From Sarea resinae (taxonomy: Eukaryota): a stretch of 64,000 nt of DNA. The notes under the pieces are model-generated. The model had not been told where the DNA came from, searched no databases, and saw only the letters and a list, made by a program, of their open reading frames with translations. Position 1 is the first letter of the stretch. Every line of letters starts with the position of its first letter. Positions 22,325-32,676 of this stretch are shown in pieces. Location of the stretch: NCBI GenBank assembly GCA_026026165.1, contig JAPEUD010000062.1, forward strand, positions 62,001-126,000, written 5' to 3'. The position numbers were made by a program, and so were the translations under genes.

Positions 22325-24601
22325 ATGTCACTACCACCAATCGCGCCGTTTCCGCCCGCCAGTCTACGAAGGACCATCGTCCCAGAAGAGTGGGAAGCAT
22401 GTCTAGACGCCTGGATCCTGCTAACGCAGACTCACCTTCGTCTCTCTCCCAAGGAATTCCACAATGCCTCGTCCCATGACGGAGCACCTTTGGTCATCTT
22501 TCTAAAATCATACATCCACGAAGTCGCCAATGCCCAGCAGCAGTCCCCAATAGAGGCGCATCTCCAGGCGCCGAAAGCCAGAGTGCTAAGACGAGAGTGT
22601 TTTCTCCTCTGTCACAGATGTCTCTTGGAGCATGAGCCGGCCCCTCCGCCGCCTCCTCCACTACTGAACTGCGCCTTTCTTCAGGATCTGAGCGTTATCT
22701 ATGTCCGTAGTCAGAGTCTCCGGTCCCTACTCAGCAGCGTATGGAGCCGGCATCATGAGCTGCTAGAGCCAGAGCTGCAAAGGTTCAAAACATCGCTCAC
22801 GCAGAATCTAGAGTCTTCGAAAGTGACCGATTTAAAGGGGTTAGATGCTCTTCTTTTCGCATCACCAGATATTGCCAGATTCTTTGCCTGGGGCTCTGAT
22901 TTCATCGACGCGCTGCCCATCGCATACAAGCAGGCGTCGTCGTCTCCGGCCCTCAAGAAAGAGCTTGTTGCAGCGGTGTATCTTACATTGGCCTCTCTGA
23001 CCGAGGGCGACAAGCCAAATCTTTCATTGCTGTTTGACCATTTCTGGTCGCTGAAGAAGGCCGCCACCGATAATCAGCGGCCACTGGAGCCGGCTTCGAG
23101 TCTACTTGCCGACCTCCTCACGAATACGCCTCTCCTGCGCAAAGTGGAAGAGCGGTTCGGCGCCTCTGACGCCGCGCGGACCAAAGCCCTCATCGATTCC
23201 GTCCAGGCGTTCCGTGGCTCAGGGGCCACGATGAAGCGACAGCGGGCCCGACGCCTGAAGGTACCATCCAAAGGCAAAGGGCGCGCCACTGACGAGCATG
23301 CGGACCTCAATGGGGAAATCCACATCCATCGAATGAGCCTCGTGACTCAGATCCAGGATCTCTTCCCCGATCTGGGCGCCGGGTTCATCGTCAAATTACT
23401 GGACGAATACAATGACGATATCGAGCAAGTGACTGCGCATCTCCTTGACGATTCACTGCCACCACATCTGCATGACGCTGATCGGAAGGAGGAACTGTAT
23501 GCATTCCCGCCCCTCTCCTCTGTCTCCTTCCTCGGTCACTCTAACCAACCAAATAGAAGCCTTCCCACTCCCTCATCCTCCGCACACCCAGCCCCTGCAA
23601 ATCTAATCCCACACTCCACCCCGCCGCCCTCGAAACAGCTACCTCTACCACCAACCACTACTACTACTACTCTCCCGCCCCGCCGCAACATCCACGACAA
23701 TGACGCCTTCTCCCGCCTCGCGATCTCGTCCTCACAGATCCACATTGGGCCGCGCACGCCGGCCTCGCAAACGGCCGACGCCCTACTATCCTCGCCCCAC
23801 TCGCGGCCAAAAAAGGAAGCCATCCTCTCCGCGCTCGCGGCCTTCGACTCGGACGACGACGAGCGCGACGACACGTACGACGCCTCGGACGTGGGCGGCA
23901 CCGTCGACACCACGGCCGAAGAGCCCCGCGCCCGCCCCGCCGACACCAACACCAACACCAACACCAACACCGACATCGACGCCCTCCTCTACCCGGCCTA
24001 CTCGGCACCCAACGGCGGCGGCGGCGGCGGCGCCCTCTTCGCCCGCTCCACCGACACCCGTCGCGGCCCCGCCCGCGCCGCCCTCCGGCGCGAAACAGGC
24101 CTCACGGACGAGGCCATCGAGGGCTGGGCGCTGATGCTGGCGCGCGACCCGGGCCGGGCGCGGAGATTGCACGCTCGTTTCGCCCTCGGTGGGGGCGCCG
24201 TCATGGCGCAGCAGCCTGAATTGAGGCGGTCCGGGTGGCGCGCGTCGAATAGTGCGTCTGCGACGGACGACGTGGATGACGGCGACGAGGACGAGGACGA
24301 AGACGAGGATGAGGCATCAGGAGGAGGAGCATCAGGAGGAGCAGGGCCAGCAGGGCCCGGCGGCAGAGGCAGAGGGGGCAGTGATTCGCGAGGCCGCGGC
24401 GGACGCGGCGGCCGTGGTGGTGGCGGCGGAAGAGGCAGAGGCCGAGGAGACGTCTCGGGCGCGCCCGGCGGCGAAAAGGAAAAGGAAAAGGGCACGCCGG
24501 CGTCGCGCCAGCGCAAAGAAGCCCACAAGTCGTCGCGCGCGAACCACAACCGTCGCGATCAGCGGGCGCGCAAGATGGCGCGGGGCGGCTTCCCCGGCTG
24601 A
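22325..24601 (+). CDS. CUE3: CUE-domain ribosome quality control trigger subunit (Cue3/Rqt3, ASCC2 homologue)
   Basis: CUE domain SLVTQIQDLFPDLGAGFIVKLLDEY.DDIEQVTAHLLD, RRNIHDND.F, acidic DDDERDDTYD, TDEAIEGWALML, RGG tract, C-terminal RKEAHKSSRANHNRR..RARKM. Probable 60-nt intron at 23497-23556. Confidence 0.85.
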   Translation: MSLPPIAPFPPASLRRTIVPEEWEACLDAWILLTQTHLRLSPKEFHNASSHDGAPLVIFLKSYIHEVANAQQQSPIEAHLQAPKARVLRRECFLLCHRCLLEHEPAPPPPPPLLNCAFLQDLSVIYVRSQSLRSLLSSVWSRHHELLEPELQRFKTSLTQNLESSKVTDLKGLDALLFASPDIARFFAWGSDFIDALPIAYKQASSSPALKKELVAAVYLTLASLTEGDKPNLSLLFDHFWSLKKAATDNQRPLEPASSLLADLLTNTPLLRKVEERFGASDAARTKALIDSVQAFRGSGATMKRQRARRLKVPSKGKGRATDEHADLNGEIHIHRMSLVTQIQDLFPDLGAGFIVKLLDEYNDDIEQVTAHLLDDSLPPHLHDADRKEELYAFPPLSSVSFLGHSNQPNRSLPTPSSSAHPAPANLIPHSTPPPSKQLPLPPTTTTTTLPPRRNIHDNDAFSRLAISSSQIHIGPRTPASQTADALLSSPHSRPKKEAILSALAAFDSDDDERDDTYDASDVGGTVDTTAEEPRARPADTNTNTNTNTDIDALLYPAYSAPNGGGGGGALFARSTDTRRGPARAALRRETGLTDEAIEGWALMLARDPGRARRLHARFALGGGAVMAQQPELRRSGWRASNSASATDDVDDGDEDEDEDEDEASGGGASGGAGPAGPGGRGRGGSDSRGRGGRGGRGGGGGRGRGRGDVSGAPGGEKEKEKGTPASRQRKEAHKSSRANHNRRDQRARKMARGGFPG

Positions 24602-24639
24602 AAGCCAGAGTGGTGGGTGCAATGATGGAGGGAGACATT

Positions 24640-24745
24640 GTGTGTGTGTGTGTGTGTGTGTGATGGGATATGGGATGTGATATCATATGGATCGAGCTTA
24701 AACAAAGCATGGCATATATAGCATGGCATAACATAGCAAGCACCT
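24640..24745. repeat. (TG)n microsatellite and (GCATA/GCATG)n pentamer drift
   Basis: Directly visible in the CUE3-RPT3 convergent gap. Confidence 0.85.
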
Positions 24746-25076
24746 CACCGCCTTCTCTTGCAATGGTGAACCTCTTTCACGACGATATCAGACGTAACGA
24801 CATGGCATGGGATGAGTTGATAGGATACTTGAGGTGATAAGATTGATGAACGTGTTCCTGTTGTGGCTCAAGAGTCTCACCTACCTAACCACCTAGTAAA
24901 ATAGTACAATACAGAGTCCCCCACCCGTACATAGTCCATCCCACACGACCTGGGGGAACAAGCGAAAGAAAACACAGAAGCAGAATCTCGCTATGCTAAT
25001 TACAGATAGAAGGGGTGGGGGGAAACAGTAAAAATGGGAAAAATGTGCCAAAGGTGACAAGAGGCACAAGCCCTCT

Positions 25077-26558
25077 CTAGCGATAAAAGTCGAACTTCTC
25101 GGCCTCGGTGGCGCCCTTGACCTGGCTCGAATAGGCGTCCTCGAGATCGGACTGGATGATGTTATATCTGTTCTTCCGCACAGCGCGCAGACCTGCCTCC
25201 TGCATGATCGCTGCAATGACGGCACCGCTCAACGGATCGTTTCGAATGATCAGGGAATCAAGATCCACCTCGGGCGCAAGCGACATTTTCGACGAGACCG
25301 TCGTGAAGATGAGCCGTCTCTCGCGACGGTCCCGAAGCGAAGGGAACTCGATCTTGCGGTCTAGACGACCAGGGCGGAGCAGTGCCGGGTCGAGGGTATC
25401 CGCTCGGTTTGTGGCCATGATGACCTTGACGTTGGACGATTGATCGAAGCCGTCCATCTGATTGAGGAGCTCGAGGAGGATGCGCTGCACCTCTCTGTCG
25501 GCGCCTGTCTGGGCGTCGAAACGTTTAGTAGCGATGGCGTCAATTTCGTCGATGAAGATGATGGCCGGCGAGTTCTCGCGGGCCATGCGAAAGACGTCGC
25601 GGACCATTCGGGGACCCTCGCCGAGATATTTCTGCACGAATTCGGAGCCGACTACTCGGATAAAGGAAGCAGTTGTACTGTTTGCTACTGCTTTTACAAG
25701 CATGGTCTTTCCTGTACCTGGGGGCCCGTACAGTAGGACGCCGCGTGGTGGGTCGATACCTATAGCAGGATTAGCCCTGGCTCACTATGGCCTTGGGGTA
25801 CGAGGGTGACCGACCAATCTGATGGTAGAGGTCGAAGTGGGTTAGTGGTAGTTCCACGGCTTCCCGAATCTCTTGCTTCTGCATATCCAGACCGCCAACA
25901 TCGGCGTATGTGACATCGGGCTTCTCATCGGCTCCGAGCATGGCAATAGAGGAGTCAGCTTCCGGGGGCAGGATATCGACTAGAGAGTTTGAATGACGGT
26001 GAAGCGCCACGGATGATGACGGCTTTAACTTCTCCCGGTCGAGGGTCGATAATATGCGGACGACATAATTCGAGCCGGTCGAGGACTGTACGATTCCGGT
26101 ACTGATAGAAGGTCAACGGATGATCTGGGGGTTGATGGGCTTCAGAGAGCCTTACTTCTGGTCGATAGCTTCCATAAACTGCCCAATCACGAGGGGCACG
26201 CTTTGAATCCGTTTGATCTCTTCCTGTGCCCGTACGAGCTCTCTCTTCAAGCTCCTGGTAACAAGTGGTGAGCCAGGTGGTGACAGTGATGATATCGTCA
26301 AGCTTACCTCTGCTCATCTTTGATGTACTCCTCTTGCAGGTTGATGAACCTAGCCAAACCATTAGATTATATCCTGACGCGTAGGTTTGCAAGTGCAACT
26401 TACTCAAGCTGCCTCTGGAGCTTCTTCAGCGTTGAGTATTCATCGTCGCCCTCGTTTCCAAGTCCCTCCAGCGAGTCGATATTCGGTATCGATGGGAGCA
26501 GTTGCTTCTTGTGCGGCGCCACTTGGTTGGCCGGGTTCTCGAGTAAGACGTCGCCCAT
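25077..26558 (-). CDS. RPT3: 26S proteasome AAA-ATPase subunit Rpt3 (6B)
   Basis: MGDVLLENP start, [71 protein letters not shown], HbYX-like end FDFYR. Confidence 0.96.
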
Positions 26559-28983
26559 GATGTTGACGGAGGTAGATTTGATTCGAATGAATGTGAGGCG
26601 TAGGGTAGAGGAGGAGAGACTACAGAATATTCAACTTATCGTTGGAATTTCAGAGGAGTAGATTTGAATTGATCTGCACCAGAGGGTATGGTGTAGCACT
26701 GATGACCATCATGATGAAGGTCAAGACAGAGCTCCGCGTACCGCTCGGCATTTGCCGTATCACGTGCCTTGAGCCCTTTCGCCCTTGTGTTGTGAAGAGC
26801 GACGTAGAATCCATCTGTGCGGTACACTGTAGCCACACTGAAGGCATTTACTTGAGCATCATCCTCCATTGATCCTCTGAGTCGCGGACAATTTTGGAAT
26901 TATGGGTACCTATCAAGATCTGTAGGCTTGAGACAAAGGACTTTGCACCTCAGCAGGCGATATCTTCCCTGTGACTAAGGTTGCGTATCAGACTGGCAAT
27001 TGGCGGCTGGTGTGATAGGATTTGACTTTCACTGTTCGCTCAATAAAGAGCCACAGAATAATATCAACATTGAAATATTACCACTTCAAAGCTGCCACAT
27101 TTCAATTTGCAGCCACATCGCCCTCATCTCCCTCATCTTCTCGCTCACGGTATCGAATAACAGATCACCCTAGTAAAGTCAATGCGGGAGCTCAGGTAGA
27201 GACAACAGCTGTCATGCTTGACTAATATCGTCCGTGCTGACGAAGGATCACTCATGAATTGGGACCATTGATTACTGATTCAGCTGACGGGTTTGCTGTT
27301 TTTGAGCGAATCGAACTTCTGATGCTGGACAAAGTACTTGCGCCAATGTTGATTTCTCAGGCAAGGCGTGGTATGGATGCGAATGATCATTTCCTTCTCC
27401 AGTCCCCTTCTCCAGGGCAACATCAAGTCAGCGCGTCTTCGTATGTCGGACTTTCGGCCTCGCGCTTGTAGGAGCTGCGATGGTCCGCACTTCCGCCAAC
27501 GTCGAGCATAAGGCAGCAGACAACCTAGAAGAATGATAAGACGCTCAGGTACCGAGTATCTCTACGTACCAAGTACCTCGATGAACGTCGGCCCTAAGGT
27601 AATTAATTACCTGGCCTCGCTGTCGCTGTACTCTGAAGGTTCCAGATTTGATATCAGATCGGCCGTATGGGGTAGCCCGAGTACCGTCCCTCACCCAGTC
27701 TCTAGCTCCCGAGTCTTCATCTCGAGTCCCTCGAAATGCTCACGACAGAACAGATGGTACAGAGGCCCGTCATTCACAAGAAGAAGAATCTCATGAGTCG
27801 CCTTGGACCCGTACCTACCTGACCTCACGTCTCACAGAGGGCAACTACGCGGGAGTACCTGCTAGGCTCGTGGTACTCGAATACTGTGTACCAAGGGACT
27901 CTGTAGAGCACCGACTTTCATTGTTTGCTTGGGTCTTGAAGGTTGTCCCAGATGACCGACTCACTATTATCTCGTCGTCGCGTGGATGCAGGGTAGATGG
28001 TAAGACGGGGCCGAAGACTTGCATCCATTCATCTGAGTACCTAGTACGAGGTACTCCGTCTAGTAGTAGTACATGTGGTAGTAGTACCACATGCTGTTCC
28101 ACCGCCATCGACCCTGCCGCATCATCATTTGTTTCCCTTTGCTTGCCTTCAGGTTTGCTTGCCCTACTCTCGACCTACTGCGGTACTATCTAGGTTGGTC
28201 CCCGATTGTCCCAGGTTCTTTGCGGCTTGCAAGCGCCATGTGTGCGCCATCTCACCCTTCCTTGTCGCGGCTTGCCTTGTGATTGCAGGATCCGGGCCAC
28301 CAGCACTGCGCTCGGAGTGCACGGGAGAGCAGAAGCATGCTCCTGTTGGTAATGCTGCTTGGTCTGCTGCTTGATTCGTTGCTTGCGGCGTGTCTTGGCT
28401 CTTGCCGTGGTTTGTTTCTTGGTTCGTTTAAGCTTCGCTCCTACATAGTAGTAGGGCAGTGGAGTCCTCGACCTTGTCCCGCTACCCACTCCTCGGACTC
28501 TCGGTCTTAAGAACAAGTCGATGTGCGGAGCCAACCCTGCTCTTTCCCCGATGCGATCTGCAGCCTGCACTCCAGCTAACCTCGACTCTACTATGTACCT
28601 TACACTGTTGCTGAGCAGTGCGGTGCCGTACGTGAAGATGAAGGCATCCATGAGTGACTACCTACCTTGCTGACCTTGCTGACGCCCAGCTGCATCTGCT
28701 CCCCTCTCACCCTTCACGATATCTGTATTCGTATATAAGACCGAGGTAGGTTTCCGCCCTCCACAGCCATTTGCGACCGTCGTCAAAGCATCAGGCATCC
28801 CAGGTGCCACAAGAGTCGAGGCCTGAAACTTTTCTGTCGGGATCACCACATTCCTTGTGCTTGTGCTTTTCTTCCTCTTCTCTGGACGATACATCGACTC
28901 TTGTAAGGTGAAGGTCTTGCCTCTTGCTACGTCTACTTGGGAGGCCCGTTGCCATTCATTCATTGTCACACTCCGCCATCACC

Positions 28984-30658
28984 ATGACTGCCATAACAGA
29001 AGCACCCTCATCGCCATCATCATCATCGAGAAAATCGCTATCAATGGCGGCAGACGAGAAGCTGGCCTCGGCTGATGTTCACCAGCACGGCCATCATGAC
29101 TTTCATGACAACCTTGACCCTCTTAGTCCGGTCAGGTCTCGTACGGAAGCCAACATCATGCCGGAGACCGCCGAGGATCCAGAAGAGGTCGAGAAAGATC
29201 TGGAGAAGGCCGCCGCTCCACCGCATCCAATGCATCCCAGTGCATTTCCGGATGGTGGTCTAGAGGCCTGGTTGGTCGTGATGGGAGCCTTTTGCTGTTT
29301 GTTCTGCAGTTTCGGGTGGATCAACTGTCAGTGCTTTTCCGTGCCCGCTGATGATGATGAAGTTAACGACGAACAGGCATTGGTGTCTTTCAGGAATACT
29401 ACCAGACACATCAGCTAAAGGATTTTTCATCGAGCACAGTTTCATGGATCTCGTCGCTGGAGACCTTCATGATGTTTCTGGGGGTGAGCCAGACTCTCTC
29501 GGCTACGATCAATCAGCAAACTAACCCAATGGATAGGGTCCGATCATTGGCAAATTGTACGATAATTATGGCCCACGATATATCCTGCTGTTCGGCACGT
29601 TCTTTCACGTTTTCGGACTCATGATGACCTCGATATCGACCAAGTACTACCAATTTATTCTCGCTCAAGGATTGTGCAGTCCAATCGGGGCCAGCGCTAT
29701 CTTTTACCCAGGTATGCACCTATATCCATATCCTTGATAGCTTATCCTAACCATCAAATAGCAATGAGTTGCGTCAGTACGTGGTTCTTCAAGAATCGTG
29801 CGCTCGCTTTTGGCATCATGGCCAGCGGATCCAGCCTAGGAGGTGTCATTTTCCCCATCATGGTCGAACATCTTCAATATGAGGTCGGCTTTGGGTGGAC
29901 TATGCGTATTTGCGCGTTCATGATCCTTGGGATGCTGGTTATCGCCAATCTCACGGTCAAATCTCGACTTCCTCCATCCCCGAAGCCCTTGGACATGATG
30001 GAATTTATTCATCCCTTGAAGGAGAGACCGTTCATCTTGGTCGTCGCGGCCAGCTTCCTGTTCTTCTTTGGCATGTTCTTGCCTTTCAATTACATCATCG
30101 TCCAGGGAACAGCCTCCGGCATGTCATCAAGACTGGCAGGGTATCTGCCCGCAATCCTCAATGGAGTCAGGTAAGTCATTCTTTGCATGCTTGCTCTGGA
30201 ATCTCAATGGTCTGCTAAAACCTTCCAGCGTGTTCGGCCGTATCATTCCCGGCTATGTCGCCGACCGCGTCGGCCGCTTCAACGTCATGATCGTTACCTC
30301 CTTCTTCGCGGCCATCCTCGTTCTCGCCCTCTGGATACCTGCCAAAAGTAATGCCCCTATCATCACGTTCGCTGCTCTCTACGGCTTCGCATCTGGCGCC
30401 TTCGTCTCGATGGCCCCTGCCCTCATTGCCCAGATTTCCGACATCCGCAAAATCGGCGTCCGGACAGGCACGATGTTCGCCATCATCTCCATCGCCGCGC
30501 TATGCGGCAATCCAATTGGCGGCGCTCTCATCACCCACGACCATGGCGGCTTCTCAGGCCTGCAGATCTTTTCAGGAGTCACGATGATCTCGGGGGCTGT
30601 GATCTTCGTGTTTGCACGTGTCAGTTTGTCCGGGGTCGTTCTCAAGGCGAAGGTCTAA
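28984..30658 (+). CDS. MFS monocarboxylate-porter family transporter (Mch-like)
   Basis: [92 protein letters not shown]. About 12 hydrophobic segments. Substrate cannot be determined from sequence. Confidence 0.88.
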
Positions 30659-31499
30659 GAGTGGTTGCGTTTCTGCACGAGTTTCCCTGTGGTCGATCAA
30701 GCCTTGTTGTGGGCCAAGCATGTGGAAACAATTGGGCATTTGCTTGATGGGTGGCTAACGGGCGCTGATGGATTGACCTTTGTTGCGGTCATGGATACCC
30801 CATTATAGATAGCATGCATTCCCGAACGACTCTCCACCCCAGCTGAGAGAGGTAGTAGGCAGATCAGACAAAATAATTCAAAGCAGTCTGAGACCAGCCA
30901 TGTCTGTCGAGGTGAAGGTCATCCATCTCGGTCTGCTGTGTAACGTGAGGAGGGGTCTCAGATGATGTTCCTGTCCCCGCGGTTTACCCAGAACCTCGTA
31001 CGAAAGGTCCCTCCCTCCAGTACGAGTAAGGTAGCCAGGGTCGGCAATCAGCTAAGGTACGAATCCCTTCCATGGGTCGGGAGATAGCCAACAAAGGCGT
31101 GCTCCAGCCAAGATACTAGGTAGCTAAGGCAGTAGGAGTAGCATGGAGTCCGTAAGAGGAGTGATACATATGCCGACGGGGGAGCTGGGGAACCATTGGA
31201 GACGAGATGCGAATTAGATGATGCTTTCTCCACCGCAGACCTAGTACCTCCCTACTATGAGTACGACTACGTCCAGGTAGTGTGATGGGGGAGATCATCA
31301 TCGTACGACGAGACCGCGGCCACCTCAGGCAAGTGCGCGGTACCTGAAGGTACCTGGATGGTCTGGGAGGGAGACTTCTCTCACGGGTGATTTGAACGTG
31401 TCTTGGTCCCCGAGGGGAAGGTACAAAGTACCCGACACGGCCCCAAAGTACTGTACCTACTTTACTCCATACGGTCCCTCGGTCTCTCAGTCTCTGCGA

Positions 31500-31800
31500 A
31501 GGCGGAGAGGGAGAGGGAGAGGAGAGAGAGACAACGGAGGAGTATTATGATTGTTATTCGTAGAAGTGATAGTGCGGTAGGTAAGGTAGGTAGTCGTCGT
31601 AGTCTCCAGTGATGATATATCAATGGTCATCATGGCACTGATCTGAAGCTTCCGTCTCTTTCTCTCTCTCTCCCCCTCTCTCTCTCACTTTCTCTACGAC
31701 TGCTTGCTCGACTCCTACTCTCATCCCTCCCATCGTTCCTTCATATATATATTCTCCTGCCTCTTCTTTCTCTCTGTCTCTGTCACGCTCTTCTCTCGAG
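31500..31800. repeat. GA-rich then CT-rich microsatellite tracts upstream of SWI1
   Basis: (GGGAGA)n/(GA)n at about 31504-31531 and (CT)n at about 31653-31800. Confidence 0.8.
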
Positions 31801-32676
31801 AGGGAGACGGCCCGTGTCGAGAATGCATTCATCCTCATCTTCATCGAGAGATTCTCGCCCCAACATGTACCGATACGTGCGTCGACGTCTTCGGTTAGCC
31901 GTAGGCGGGCTGCCTCTGCCTGAGACTAAAATTGCGAACGAGGCTGCTCTACCACCGCCTGCCAGACACAGCCTGCCAGTCCGACCTCCAAGCCTGACAG
32001 AGCGAGCAGCCTTGACATCGATCCTCATAGATCCCGACCGGAGAACGTCCTGCACTACTACCGGTGACCTCGAAAGCCAACCATCCCCATTATTGTTGAC
32101 GCCTTAGGTGAGCCCCATCCCATTCATCCCATTCATTCCATGGCCTTTTTCCGTCGTTTCCCGTTCTCCTCTGTCTTCTGCCTCCTTCCTGCGAAGCGCT
32201 GGATGCCTCTGCGATCCTGTCGGTCGCATTAGTGTCGCCTGTTCTTGCTTCGTGCCTTCCTGGCCCCCCCCCTTCCACCGCCTCCACCACCATTTATCCA
32301 TTCATTCATTACCTGCCTTACCCAGCCCCCATCACGCGTCTGTCTAGTGTGTGCCATCTTCCGATGATCCTTCCCATTGCCGCCGCAGACCTAATCGCGA
32401 CCGCGACTCTCCTCCATCTTGTTTACCCATTGTCGTCATCATTGTCATCGTTGCCATCACTCCCCATCACTCCCATCACTCTCATCATCGATTGCCTCAC
32501 CTCCATTCCTTCACCTCCGTCGCGTCGTCGCGCCGATTCTTCGTGCTGTTGACGTGTTGACGTGTTGACGCGTTGACGGATGATACCAACGTTGATGGCG
32601 AGGCATGCTGCGACTGTGTCAGGCTAACACGTTAAAATTGCCATCTGCAGATGGGCCGTCTCCGGGTCTCACAGAC

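Noticed and set aside
26636..26869. 77-aa ATG ORF upstream of RPT3 on the same strand
   Set aside because: No recognisable motif, and it covers the likely core promoter. No support for a gene or uORF.
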